Counted from the stretch's first letter, positions 40,933-51,142 are shown. The stretch is DNA of 64,000 nt from an uncultured Candidatus Binatia bacterium (GCA_964291295.2 OZ219754.1:1120001-1184000); one strand, 5' to 3'. Numbers and translations are program-made. Notes: generated by a model from the sequence alone, not told the origin.

Positions 40933-42228
40933 TCATCTCCCTCCCCTTCCGCCGCCGAGGGACTGTCCGGGAGAGAACCGTCCGATGACCGCGCGCGCGG
41001 CCGCGCGGCCCGACCGTATGGCGCTCTCGATGGTCGCGGGCAGTCCGGTATCGATCCAGTCCCCGGCCAGGTAGACGTTGCCGAAACGGGTCCGGGTGCC
41101 GGGGCGCAGCCTTGCCTGCGCGGGGGTCTGCGCGAAGGTGGCCTGTTTCTCCTTGACAACGCGGTACGGCGGCACCGGTTCCGGGGCGTGTCCGAGGGCG
41201 GCGGCGACGTCTCGCCAAGTCTGCCGGGCGATGGCGCCGGCCTCCTGGTCGATCATGGTGTCGGCCGCGCTGATGGTGACGGAAGCCACGTCGCCGCGAA
41301 CGAAGAGCCACTGCGCCGTTCCGCCGATCAGCCCGAGGAACGGCAGCGCCGGCGGCAGGCGGGCGGGTTCGGACAGGCGGAAGTGGGCATTGACAATGGC
41401 GTGGCTCCGCTCCGGAACGGTCAGGTCCGGCACCAGGCTGGCCGCGCCCGAAGGCGGCAGCGCCAGGACCACGTTGTCGCCGTGGTCCAGGTTTGCCGTG
41501 GCCGTTCCGAAGTCCAGGCCGTGCGCCCGGTCGACGCCGTAGGCGATGCCGCGCAACCGTGCTCCGAACCGGACCGCGGCCCCGTGCCGGCGCAGGAACT
41601 CCAGGGCAGGGTCCACGAAGGTTGCGGATAGGCCCGTTCGGGCGATTCGCGGCCGGCAGGCGGCTTCGCCCCCGCCGAAGGTCTCGCGCAGCACCGGCCA
41701 CAGCAGGCGCGCGGCGCCTGCCCGCACCGGGCTGTTCAGCACCGCCACCGCCAGAGGTTCCCAGAAGCGCTCGAACAGGACGCCGCGGTCGCCCAGGCAG
41801 TCGGCCACGGTGCGGTCCGCGCCGGCGGTGGCGAGACGGAGAGCCGCCAGATAGTCCCGCACGCGGCTGCCGGGGACGCGCCGCCGTGGGTCCAGGATCC
41901 ACCACGGCAGCCTCCCGGCATTGGGCCGCAGCCGCCAGCGCCGGCCCGTGCGCAGGTCGAGGAAGGGGAAGCAGGCCGGAGAGGGTCCCACCAGCGCGTC
42001 GCCGGCGCCGATGTCCGTCAGATAGCGCAGGGTGGAGCGGTTGCCGCTCAGCAGCAGGTGGTTGCCGTTGTCGATGGCGCGCCCGAGTCGGGTGTCGAAC
42101 CAGGACCGGCAGCGGCCGCCGGCCTGTCCGGCCGCTTCGTGCAGGGTGACGGTCCGCCCCGCGCGGGCGAGCGACACCGCGGTGGAAAGGCCGGCCAGAC
42201 CGGCGCCGATGACGTGAGTCCGGGCCAC
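40933..42228 (-). CDS. hpnE: Hydroxysqualene dehydroxylase
   Basis: IGAGLAGL, GGRCRS, IDNGNHLLLSGN, EKQATF, LAGDW..TGLPATIE; follows hpnCD. Confidence 0.93.
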   Translation of the reverse strand: MARTHVIGAGLAGLSTAVSLARAGRTVTLHEAAGQAGGRCRSWFDTRLGRAIDNGNHLLLSGNRSTLRYLTDIGAGDALVGPSPACFPFLDLRTGRRWRLRPNAGRLPWWILDPRRRVPGSRVRDYLAALRLATAGADRTVADCLGDRGVLFERFWEPLAVAVLNSPVRAGAARLLWPVLRETFGGGEAACRPRIARTGLSATFVDPALEFLRRHGAAVRFGARLRGIAYGVDRAHGLDFGTATANLDHGDNVVLALPPSGAASLVPDLTVPERSHAIVNAHFRLSEPARLPPALPFLGLIGGTAQWLFVRGDVASVTISAADTMIDQEAGAIARQTWRDVAAALGHAPEPVPPYRVVKEKQATFAQTPAQARLRPGTRTRFGNVYLAGDWIDTGLPATIESAIRSGRAAARAVIGRFSPGQSLGGGRGGR

Positions 42229-42241
42229 CGGGGGAAGGCCG

Positions 42242-43105
42242 TCAGAGAAGCCCGTGACGCAGGGCGACCCATACCTGGCGCGCCCGGTTGAGCCGGACCG
42301 GGCTGTCGATGCGCGTCCAGCCCCGTTCTTCCAGACACCGGAGCGTCTCCCGGTACACCGCCATCATCAGCACGATGGGCCGCCTCTGGCGCCATCCCAG
42401 CCGGGACAGCAGGCGGTCGGCGCCGGCGTAGTGTTCCCGCGCCAACGCCGCCAGCTCCGCGCACGCCGCGGCAAAGCCGGGATGGCGGCAGACGGCGCTC
42501 GCGGAACTCTCCGCCACCCCGTGCCGCCGCACCATCTCCAGCGGGACATAGAGGCGGTCGATGGCCGCGTCTTCCTTGACGTCGCGCAGAATGTTGGTGA
42601 GCTGCACGGCGTTTCCGAGGGTCTCGGCGATGCGGTAGCCGGGTTCCCGGGGCACTCCGAAGGCGTGGATGGACAGCCGGCCCACCGCGCCGGCCACCTT
42701 GCGGCAGTAGTGCAGCAGTTCGTCCAGCGTGTGCATCCGGACCGTGGCGGCCACGTCGGTCTCCACCCCGTCGATGACGGCGAGGAACGCCTCCCGCGGC
42801 AGTTCGAATCGCCGCACCGGCAGCAACAGCGCCCGGGTGGTGGGCCGGCGCGGCGCGCCCGCGTACAGGTGCGCCACCTCTTCCCGCCAGGCCGCCAGCC
42901 CCCGCCTCTTTTCCGCGGTCGCCGCGGTCTCGTCGGCGATGTCGTCCACCTCGCGGCAGAACGCATAGATGGCGTACATGGCGCGCCGCCGCTCCGCCGG
43001 CAACACCCGCATGCCCCAGAGGAAAGAGGTGCCCGACCGCGCCACCACGCGGCGCACATGGGTCCAGGGTTCGCCGCTGTCGTGCCCGGCGCTATCGGCG
43101 TCCAT
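42242..43105 (-). CDS. hpnD: Presqualene diphosphate synthase
   Basis: SGTSF, YAFCREVDDIAD, YCRKVAGAVG, QLTNILRDVKED, RLYVP. Confidence 0.93.
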   Translation of the reverse strand: MDADSAGHDSGEPWTHVRRVVARSGTSFLWGMRVLPAERRRAMYAIYAFCREVDDIADETAATAEKRRGLAAWREEVAHLYAGAPRRPTTRALLLPVRRFELPREAFLAVIDGVETDVAATVRMHTLDELLHYCRKVAGAVGRLSIHAFGVPREPGYRIAETLGNAVQLTNILRDVKEDAAIDRLYVPLEMVRRHGVAESSASAVCRHPGFAAACAELAALAREHYAGADRLLSRLGWRQRRPIVLMMAVYRETLRCLEERGWTRIDSPVRLNRARQVWVALRHGLL

Positions 43106-43973
43106 TGGATGGATTTCGGCGGCGCCTGCCGAACAGCACGCGGCCAATGCCGCGCGCACCGCAGGCCGCCAACTGCGTCCGGGTCAGCACCACTCGTTCG
43201 GCCAGGGGGTCGCGTCGGCGCAATTCCCTGGCGAGCTTGCGGGCGATGGCGACGATGACGGCCGCCTCCATGGCGAATCGCCGGTTGCCCAGTTGCCCGG
43301 GCAGGTGGCCGGCCTGCCGCAGCAGGCTGTGGGTGCGGTCGAGGCAACGGTCCAGCACCTGTCGCAGCGCGGCGCTGGCGCGGTCTGCGCCCAGGGCCTC
43401 CGCGGCAGCGCCCGCGGCGTTCATCCAGTCCCGCGGCAGATAGACCCGATCGAGCGACCGGTAGTCGCCGCCGCAATCCTGCAGGTGGTTGAGCACCTGC
43501 AGGGCGTTGCAGAGAGCATCGGAAGCCGGGTAGGCCGTCGCCGGCTCCCCGTGCAGGTCCACGAGGTAGCGGCCCACCGGAGCGGCCGAGAGGTTGCAGT
43601 ACCTCATCAGGTCATCCCAGTCGTCGTAGCGCCGCTTCACCGCGTCCTGCCTGAACGCCCGGGTCAGGTCCACGAAGTGGCGGTGCGTCACCCCGGTCTC
43701 CGCCAGGCTCCGGCGGAGTTCGTGGGCCTTGCGGAAGGCCGGGTCCGTCGTCTCGGCACCGCTCACGGCCGCGGCGAAGCCCTCCAGGCGGACGACCTTG
43801 TCGGAGGGCTCCAGGTCGGGGTTGTCGGCGATGTCGTCGATGGCCCGGGCGCAAGCGTAGAAGGCTGCGATGTGCGGCCGCAGCCGCGCCGGCAAAAGCC
43901 GGGAGCCGACGGGGAAATTTTCGTCCGCCGCAACCTTGCCGGACGGTGTCTCAATGGTGGCTGAATCGGCCAT
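43092..43973 (-). CDS. hpnC: Hydroxysqualene synthase
   Basis: ENFPVGS, DDIAD, AFRQD, YC.LSAAPVGR, LQVLNHLQD, RVYLP. Confidence 0.94.
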   Translation of the reverse strand: MADSATIETPSGKVAADENFPVGSRLLPARLRPHIAAFYACARAIDDIADNPDLEPSDKVVRLEGFAAAVSGAETTDPAFRKAHELRRSLAETGVTHRHFVDLTRAFRQDAVKRRYDDWDDLMRYCNLSAAPVGRYLVDLHGEPATAYPASDALCNALQVLNHLQDCGGDYRSLDRVYLPRDWMNAAGAAAEALGADRASAALRQVLDRCLDRTHSLLRQAGHLPGQLGNRRFAMEAAVIVAIARKLARELRRRDPLAERVVLTRTQLAACGARGIGRVLFGRRRRNPSNGRR

Positions 43974-44336
43974 CGGATATTCAAGAGGAAAATGCGCGGG
44001 GAAACTGCGCCTGCTGCAAGCGCCTGCCGCAGCGTACGAGCTGCGCAGGCTATCACGAAGGGAACCGCGTGTCAGCCTGAACAAGGGGAGCTGAGGACAG
44101 GGGAACTGAGGACATTCCCACGCTGCGGCGATGCGGATGAAGCAGGCCGGTTGCGGATCGATGGGTGCCCGCACCGATTCGAGAAGAGGGGGTATCAGGC
44201 TAAATCAAATCGCAAATTTGAAATAGCGCGAACTTGAACAGACCCATCCGATTCCATTCGGTGTCGGGTGGTGAGAGATCATGCCGGTCTCGTCGAGGAT
44301 TAGCCGCCGGCCTTCGGGAGGTTCCGGTATTCTGAA

Positions 44337-44370
44337 TTACGCTATTGAGCAATTTTGCTCAATAGCGTAA
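44337..44370. promoter_or_regulatory. Perfect 16-bp inverted repeat (probable operator) directly upstream of the AAA ATPase gene
   Basis: TTACGCTATTGAGCAA-TT-TTGCTCAATAGCGTAA; AT-rich; ends 9 nt before ATG 44380. Confidence 0.75.
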
Positions 44371-44379
44371 AATTGAAGG

Positions 44380-45636
44380 ATGGCGTCCTTTGAACGACCC
44401 CACCTTGTCACTCTTCTTTGCCGATTGGGCGAGGCTCCGCGGCGGTTGATCCTGATCGCCGGGCCGCGGCAGGTGGGCAAAACCACGCTGATCGAGCAGG
44501 CAAAGGAAAAGCTCGACCGCGACCTTCTGCTTGTGCGCGTGGACGAGCCCGGATCGAGATACTTGCCTGCCACAGCCGCCGATACTGCCGCTGCAGGCCC
44601 GGTGCCGCGGGAACCGGACGGGAGATGGCTCGCGGACTTGTGGGAGCGGGCTCGACGGGACGCCGACCGGTCGGAACGGGGGCTTGTGCTGGCACTCGAC
44701 GAAATTCAGAAAGTGCCGGACTGGTCGGAAATCGTCAAAGGCCTCTGGGATGCAGACCGCTACGAGCAACGCCGTTTGCATGTCATCCTGTCAGGTTCAG
44801 CGCCACTGTTGATGCAGCAGGGCCTGACCGAGAGCTTGCAGGGGCGCTTCGAGACCATCCAGCTCAAGCACTGGTCTTTTACCGAAATGGCCGCGGCGTT
44901 CGGTGTTGACGTGGATCGATATGTCTACTTCGGCGGTTGGCCGGGTGCGGCAGGCTACATGCACGACCACGGTCGCTGGCAGGACTACCTGGTACGAGCG
45001 TTGATGGAGCCCAACATCGAGCGTGACATTCTGGCCATGCAACGAGTCGACAAGCCCGCGTTGTTGAAACGGCTGTTCGAGGTCGGCGCCACATCCTCCG
45101 GACAGATTCTGTCCTACAGAAAATTGCAGGGTCAACTCCAGGACGCGGGCAACACCACGACCTTGGCCCGCTATCTCGACCTGCTGGAGAAGGCAGGTTT
45201 GATCGCAGGCTTGCAGAACTACCGTGCCGGCATCGATCGATTCAGGGCTTCCAGCCCGAAGCTCAACGTGCTCAACACCGCGTTGATGTCGGCCCTGTCC
45301 GGTTACACGTTCGAGGAAGCCCGTGCGGATCGAACCTTCTGGGGACGTCTGGTGGAAAGCGCCGTCGGCGCCCACCTCTGGAACAGCGCCGCTGCGCCGA
45401 CCCGCCTCTGGTACTGGCGGCGACACGGCTCCGAGGTGGACTTCGTGCTGGAACGAGGGCCGCGGTTGGCGGCATTCGAGGTCAAGAGTGGTGAGGGATC
45501 TGCCGGCCGGCGCAGGCTGGAAGGCTTCCGTGAGCACTATAGTCACCGCCCGGTGAAAGCCGAGACGGTCGGCGGCGACGGTGTACCGTTGGCAGAGTTC
45601 CTGGCAACTCACGCGGACGACTGGTTCAGGACATGA
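44380..45636 (+). CDS. AAA_14-type ATPase with wHTH and C-terminal DUF4143 PD-(D/E)XK-like domain
   Basis: GPRQVGKTT, LALDEIQ, LSGS, ESLQGRF, GGWP, YLDLLEKAGLI, GRLVESAV, YWR...EVDFV...FEVKSG. Confidence 0.92.
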   Translation: MASFERPHLVTLLCRLGEAPRRLILIAGPRQVGKTTLIEQAKEKLDRDLLLVRVDEPGSRYLPATAADTAAAGPVPREPDGRWLADLWERARRDADRSERGLVLALDEIQKVPDWSEIVKGLWDADRYEQRRLHVILSGSAPLLMQQGLTESLQGRFETIQLKHWSFTEMAAAFGVDVDRYVYFGGWPGAAGYMHDHGRWQDYLVRALMEPNIERDILAMQRVDKPALLKRLFEVGATSSGQILSYRKLQGQLQDAGNTTTLARYLDLLEKAGLIAGLQNYRAGIDRFRASSPKLNVLNTALMSALSGYTFEEARADRTFWGRLVESAVGAHLWNSAAAPTRLWYWRRHGSEVDFVLERGPRLAAFEVKSGEGSAGRRRLEGFREHYSHRPVKAETVGGDGVPLAEFLATHADDWFRT

Positions 45637-48600
45637 TGGACAGATACGTTGACCGCACCTGCACCGCAGTGACGGACGATGACGGTGGTATGGAGCAGCC
45701 CTTGTCCGGACCTCTCGCGGATTTTCAGGACTTTAGCGCCTACGTACTGTTGGCAGCGCCTGGCGCAGGCAAGACGGCAGCCTTCAGGCACGAGGCCGGC
45801 GAGCAGGGAATCTGCGACGCTCGCGACTTAATGTGCCTGGATCTGAAGCGCTGGTCGGGCGTGCAGCCGCTGTTCATTGACGGCCTCGACGAGGTGCGGG
45901 CCGGATCAAGCGACGGGCGAACTGCGCTGGACGTGATTCGAGGAAAACTCGACGAACTGGGACGGCCCCGGTTCCGACTCTCCTGTCGAGAGGCGGACTG
46001 GTTCGGGGCGGCAGACCGGATGCGCCTCGAGTCGGTATCCCGCGACGGCGTTGTCAAGGTCCTGCGTCTGGATCCCCTGACAGAAGATGGCATTCGCAAG
46101 ATATTGAAGGGGAAAGGCGTCGCGGATATCAGCGGTTTCATGGACGAGGCGAGGGCACGCGGGCTTGGAGCGTTACTTTCGAACCCTGCAACGCTGGAGT
46201 TGCTGGCGGCTGCTGCGAGACGTGGCAACTGGCCGGCAACGCGAAAAGAGACATTCGAAGCAGCATGTGGTGAACTCATCCGCGAACTCAATCGGGAACA
46301 CCTCCAGGCGTTTCCCCAACCAACCGATTCGGAGTTGCTTCGCACGGCAGGCCGTCTGTGCGCGATACTACTGCTGAGTGGCATCACAGGTTATCGTCAA
46401 ACAGATAATCGTCAGGCGGGTCATCGTCCAGCCACGAAAGATGGCGATTCGGTCAGTTACATTGACCTGAAGGAAATTCCGGACCCGGACCCGGAGCGGG
46501 GGATTCTGCCGGCCACGCTACGCACCCGGATATTCAATGTCACCAGCGGATTGGCCAGCCCCGTTCACCGGCACGTCGCCGAGTTTCTGGCGGGGCGATA
46601 CCTCTCGCACCTTGTCGATGAGGGTCTGCCGGTACAGCGCGTGCTTGCCCTGTTTACCGGCAATGATGGTCAAGTCGTTGCGACGTTTCGCGGCCTGGCC
46701 GCCTGGTTTGCCGCCCATTGCAAGGGAACACGCCCGGAAATCATGGAACGGGATCCGTTGGGCACCGTCGTGTACGGTGACGTGAGGGATTTCTCCGTCT
46801 CCGACAAACGCCTGTTGCTGCGCCGCCTGGAGCAGGATGCGGAGTGCGACCCTGGGGTGTTCGGCGCAATGCATGATCTGGATTCGCGATGGGCGGACCT
46901 TGCCACGCCGGGCATGGAAGAGACGTTCCGGGAAATTCTGACGGGCGTGGGACGAAGCCAGGGGAATCAGACGGTGGCGCTGGCCGTGCTCAGGTCGCTT
47001 GAGCGCGATGCCGTCATTCCGGGCGTTGCCCCCATGTTGCTGGATGCCGTCCGGGACGGCAGCCGTTGGCCCGCCGTCAGGAGCGCTGCGCTTGAAGCCC
47101 ATGTGCGCCAGTCCCGCAACGACGATGAAGCACAGGGCAAGCTGAAGGCGCTGTTGGCCGATGTGTACACGGGAACTGTCCCCGATCCACTGGACGACCT
47201 GCTCGGGCTCTTGCTGAAACGGCTCTATCCAAAGCTGCTCCCGTCTGCCGAAGTCGGCCGATACTTGCGGGAACCCAAGAGCGCGGTCATCACACGGTAT
47301 GCCGCGTTCTGGAACCATGACATCGTCGAGCAATCCACGGACCCTCGCCAGTTGGCCGGTGTCCTGGATTCGCTGGCCGCAAACGTTCAAGGGTTGGACG
47401 AGAGCGTTGAAAACGTGGGAGAGACCCAAGACGGTGCGCCCGTGTCGCACTGGCTGCGCGCGATCCCGGCCAAGCTTCTGGCCAGGTACTTGGGGGATTC
47501 GTGCACGGTTGACCACGAACGCCTGTTTGGCTGGCTCGGCCTCGCGTCCAAAGGGCCTGGCTGCGATGCCCGAGCCTCTATCCGTGCATGGCTCGGCGAC
47601 CATCCCGCCGCCTACAAGGCTGTGGTCCGTCTGGCCGTGGATCGCCCAGCGGATTCATCTCAACTCCATTGCGAAGTGCATATGCGCCTCTTCTCGGCAG
47701 GCGAACCTGCGGACTTCGGCGCATGGTGTCTCACCCAGGCTATTGAGACCGAGCCGAACACCGAGGCGGCCACGGAGTTCTTTCTGGCCAATGTCATCGC
47801 ACGGCAGGACGACGAAGGAATTTCCTGCGAAGCTGTCGAAAAGCGTCTGGCGCGTGATCCCGTTCTGGTGGCCCGCTACAGGGATCTGCGAGAAAATCGA
47901 ATGCGTGCGCTTTCCAACTCAAAGTCCCGGCAGAGCAAAGCGGAACAGCGACGCGAAACAGAAGCGGAGCAGCGCCGCCAGGAGTGGCGCGCCGTCTTCC
48001 AGGAGCACGCGCCGGCGTTGCGAGAGAACCGGGCAAAGCCGGCGCTGTTGCACCATCTGGCGTCCACTTGGCTCGGCCAGTGCGTTGACGTGCAAGGCGC
48101 CGACGGGCGCGCGCGCCTTCGAGAGTTGCTGGGCGAGGACGATCTGGTGGATTTGACAATCCAGGCATTCCGGGACTCGACCACACGAGCAGATCTGCCC
48201 GGCATGACGGAGATCTTTCGCCTCGCGGATGAGCAGGAGCAACATTTTCTGATGTTGCCGTTGCTCGTGGGGTTGGACGAGCTCCCTTCACTTCGACCCG
48301 GCGAGGCACCGCTTGACGAGCAAGGCATGCTCCGGGCCCTGGCCTTTCGCTTCAATGCGCCGGATCTCTGGAACCTGGAACCACAGTGGTATCGGTCCGT
48401 GCTGAAGTCCCGCCCCGACCTGGTGGCCCAGGTGCTGATGCGATCCGTTCGCGCCAGGCTGCGGCGGGGTACGGGGTCGGGTCCCGGTCTTCATGAACTG
48501 GGTCACGACAACGACTACGGGGCGGTTGCCGAGAAGGTCGTCATGCCGCTGCTGAAATCCTTCCCGACCCGTCAAAAGGCGGATCAGCGGCATGTACTGA

Positions 48601-49760
48601 AAGTGCTGCTCCACGCCGCGTCTCGTCACATCGGCAGCAACGTCCTGCTGGAGGCCGTGGAGAGCAAGCTCAAGCTCCACAGCATGGACGCCGCACAGGA
48701 GATATACTGGATATGCACCGGTCTGCTCGCGAAACCGGCGCGTTTCGTGGACCGGTTGCGGCAAAAGCTCAACGGGCGGGGTTGCGAACGGCGCGTGCGG
48801 CACTTTGCCGCCTTTCTGTACGATCGTGACATGTCGTCCCTTGAAGCCCTCGACATCCCCGCACTGGAACTGCTCATCGAATCCCTCGGCAAAGCGTACC
48901 GGCCCATGGACTGGCCCGACCCGGATTCCAGGAGGACGGCAGCCATGGCGGGGGGAGACTCGGCTTACACGGGACTGATCGTTGATTCACTTGTCAGTGC
49001 ACTGTCTTCGAAACCGTCCCGCGACGCTGCGGCCGCACTCCAACGCCTGTCCGAACAAGACACTCTGCGTCCCTGGCAATTCAAGTTGCGGGATGCCACG
49101 AGCCGGCAGAGGGACGTGAGCCGGGAAGCCGAGTTCCGCCACCCGTCCGTCAAACAGGTGCTGGAGACTCTTGACAACCGAACTCCGGCCAATGCAGCCG
49201 ACTTGGCGGCCTTGACATCCGACATATTGGACAGCCTGGGAAGGGAGATTCACGACGGCATCACTTCGGACTGGCGACAATATTGGAACGTCGATTCATA
49301 CAACAGAGCAGATGAACCGAAGCCGGAAAACGCCTGTCGGGACGCACTGCTGTCCGACTTGAAGCAAAGACTGATCCAAAAAGGCGTGGATGCCCAGCCC
49401 GAAGGAATTTGCGCCAACGACAAGCGAGCGGATATCCGCGTCTCATACGACGGCTTCAGCGTGCCGATCGAGATCAAGAAAAGCGATCGTCCGGAACTCT
49501 GGACAGCGCTCCGCGCCCAACTGATTACCAAGTACATACGCACTCCCGACTGCGACGGCTTTGGCATCTATTTGGTGTTCTGGTTCGGCCGCAACCGTTG
49601 TAAAATGCTACGAACCGGACCTGTGCCCGAGAACTGTGAAGACCTTCAGAAGCAGTTGATTGCGAAAGCCGGTCTCTCTGACGAGGAACGCCGCAGGATC
49701 TCCGTCTGCGTTATCGACGTGTCGAAACCACCGCCGCAATCCGACGCCATCCGGGCATGA
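45633..49760 (+). CDS. NACHT/STAND-like NTPase with long helical region and C-terminal PD-(D/E)XK nuclease
   Basis: APGAGKT, LFIDGLDE, RLSCR, SNPATL, VHRHVAEFLAGRYL; C-terminal ENACRD...KRADI...PIEIKK...QL..KY...GIYLVFWF; ATGA overlap with the upstream ATPase. Confidence 0.82.
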   Translation: MMDRYVDRTCTAVTDDDGGMEQPLSGPLADFQDFSAYVLLAAPGAGKTAAFRHEAGEQGICDARDLMCLDLKRWSGVQPLFIDGLDEVRAGSSDGRTALDVIRGKLDELGRPRFRLSCREADWFGAADRMRLESVSRDGVVKVLRLDPLTEDGIRKILKGKGVADISGFMDEARARGLGALLSNPATLELLAAAARRGNWPATRKETFEAACGELIRELNREHLQAFPQPTDSELLRTAGRLCAILLLSGITGYRQTDNRQAGHRPATKDGDSVSYIDLKEIPDPDPERGILPATLRTRIFNVTSGLASPVHRHVAEFLAGRYLSHLVDEGLPVQRVLALFTGNDGQVVATFRGLAAWFAAHCKGTRPEIMERDPLGTVVYGDVRDFSVSDKRLLLRRLEQDAECDPGVFGAMHDLDSRWADLATPGMEETFREILTGVGRSQGNQTVALAVLRSLERDAVIPGVAPMLLDAVRDGSRWPAVRSAALEAHVRQSRNDDEAQGKLKALLADVYTGTVPDPLDDLLGLLLKRLYPKLLPSAEVGRYLREPKSAVITRYAAFWNHDIVEQSTDPRQLAGVLDSLAANVQGLDESVENVGETQDGAPVSHWLRAIPAKLLARYLGDSCTVDHERLFGWLGLASKGPGCDARASIRAWLGDHPAAYKAVVRLAVDRPADSSQLHCEVHMRLFSAGEPADFGAWCLTQAIETEPNTEAATEFFLANVIARQDDEGISCEAVEKRLARDPVLVARYRDLRENRMRALSNSKSRQSKAEQRRETEAEQRRQEWRAVFQEHAPALRENRAKPALLHHLASTWLGQCVDVQGADGRARLRELLGEDDLVDLTIQAFRDSTTRADLPGMTEIFRLADEQEQHFLMLPLLVGLDELPSLRPGEAPLDEQGMLRALAFRFNAPDLWNLEPQWYRSVLKSRPDLVAQVLMRSVRARLRRGTGSGPGLHELGHDNDYGAVAEKVVMPLLKSFPTRQKADQRHVLKVLLHAASRHIGSNVLLEAVESKLKLHSMDAAQEIYWICTGLLAKPARFVDRLRQKLNGRGCERRVRHFAAFLYDRDMSSLEALDIPALELLIESLGKAYRPMDWPDPDSRRTAAMAGGDSAYTGLIVDSLVSALSSKPSRDAAAALQRLSEQDTLRPWQFKLRDATSRQRDVSREAEFRHPSVKQVLETLDNRTPANAADLAALTSDILDSLGREIHDGITSDWRQYWNVDSYNRADEPKPENACRDALLSDLKQRLIQKGVDAQPEGICANDKRADIRVSYDGFSVPIEIKKSDRPELWTALRAQLITKYIRTPDCDGFGIYLVFWFGRNRCKMLRTGPVPENCEDLQKQLIAKAGLSDEERRRISVCVIDVSKPPPQSDAIRA

Positions 49761-50254
49761 ACGGAACGGTCCGCACCTGTCGTGCCGTGAGCAGGCAGAC
49801 GTTCCTTGACGGCTTTCCATTCGATATTCACACCGCTGTTCACCCAAGAGCCCTTTGCGTGAATCCCGACAGGTGGAACCGCCAGAATCAGGATGGATCG
49901 GACAATGGGGTAGATTTCTTTCCTGTCTGGTTGCAATATCCGAATATGTCCCTGGATGGCTCTCGCCAAGCCTCATCACGCAAGCCGCTTCTGTCGCCAT
50001 ATGCGGCCCTTGCCGGGTTCGAGGCCCACACCGGCATTCGGGCGTTGACGACGCGTTCGACTCCGGACAGAGTCTTGAAGCTGGTCTGCTGGCGTGCCTT
50101 GGATGTACCCTCCGTCTCAGGTACGGCGACTCCCGGATACAGGTCGTCAAGCTTGCACCCGGGCGGCGCCCCGAACTGAACGGGGAGGCTGTCCCCTCGC
50201 CACCGCTGCTGTCGGGGCGCGACCCCGGGGCGGCATTGCCGACCAGGAGAAACC

Positions 50255-51142
50255 ATGATGGCATCTCCGTCCAGCGATCTCTTTCGCGTCACCCTTCTGG
50301 GCACGGGTGCGCCGCCGCCGATGCTCGACCGGTTCGGGCCCGGTACGCTGGTGGAGGCGGGTGGCGAGAAGTTCCTGTTCGACGCGGGACGCGGCGCGTT
50401 GCAACGGCTGCACCAACTCGGTATTCCCTTCGGCGACATCACCGGCCTGTTCCTCACCCATCACCATTCGGACCATGTGGTGGGTTTCGTCGATCTCTGG
50501 CTCACCGGCTGGATCGGCCGGCCCTGGGGCAGGCGCACGGTGCCGCTCAAGGTCTGGGGGCCCGATGGCACGAACCAGATGGCCAAGCACCTGCCGCTCG
50601 CCTTTGCCACCGACATCCGCGTCCGCAGCCACAGCTACCCCGCAGAGGGCGTGAAGCTGGAATCCAGCGAAATCGAGGAGGGGGTCGTGTACGAGGCCGG
50701 CGACCTCCGGGTCACCGCCTTCCAGGTCGATCACGGCGGCGAGCAGCTTGACGCCTTCGGCTACCGCATCGACTACAAGGGCCGCGCCGCGGTCCTGTCC
50801 GGCGACACCACTTTCAACGAAAACCTTATCGCCCATTCGCGGGGCGTGGACCTGCTGGTGCACGAGGTGACCCACGGCATGGGCCGGGGCGTCGAACGCG
50901 CCAATCTGGAAAGGATCCGGCGGAACCACACCCTGCCGGAGGAGGCCGGCGTCGTGTTCACCCGCACCCGGCCCGGACTCGCCGTCTACACGCACCTTCT
51001 GCTGTTCGGCGAAGCGACCCCCGGCGACCTGATCCCGGCAACCCGTGCGACCTACGACGGACCGCTGCTCGTCGGCAAGGACGCGATGCAGTTCGACATC
51101 GGCGAAGAGGTGCGGATGAGCCGGTTCGCATCCTCGGCCTGA
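50255..51142 (+). CDS. MBL-fold metallo-hydrolase (RNase Z/AtsA-like)
   Basis: LLGTG, FDAG, THHHSDH, VDH, GYRI, SGDT, LVHE, NHT, YTH. Confidence 0.92.
   Translation: MMASPSSDLFRVTLLGTGAPPPMLDRFGPGTLVEAGGEKFLFDAGRGALQRLHQLGIPFGDITGLFLTHHHSDHVVGFVDLWLTGWIGRPWGRRTVPLKVWGPDGTNQMAKHLPLAFATDIRVRSHSYPAEGVKLESSEIEEGVVYEAGDLRVTAFQVDHGGEQLDAFGYRIDYKGRAAVLSGDTTFNENLIAHSRGVDLLVHEVTHGMGRGVERANLERIRRNHTLPEEAGVVFTRTRPGLAVYTHLLLFGEATPGDLIPATRATYDGPLLVGKDAMQFDIGEEVRMSRFASSA

Noticed and set aside
49757-50250. 140-aa ORF overlapping the NACHT-like stop as a third gene of the system
   Set aside because: No recognisable motifs, and protein-like fragments appear in several frames on both strands; probably decayed DNA. 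The ATGA overlap may merit a BLAST.
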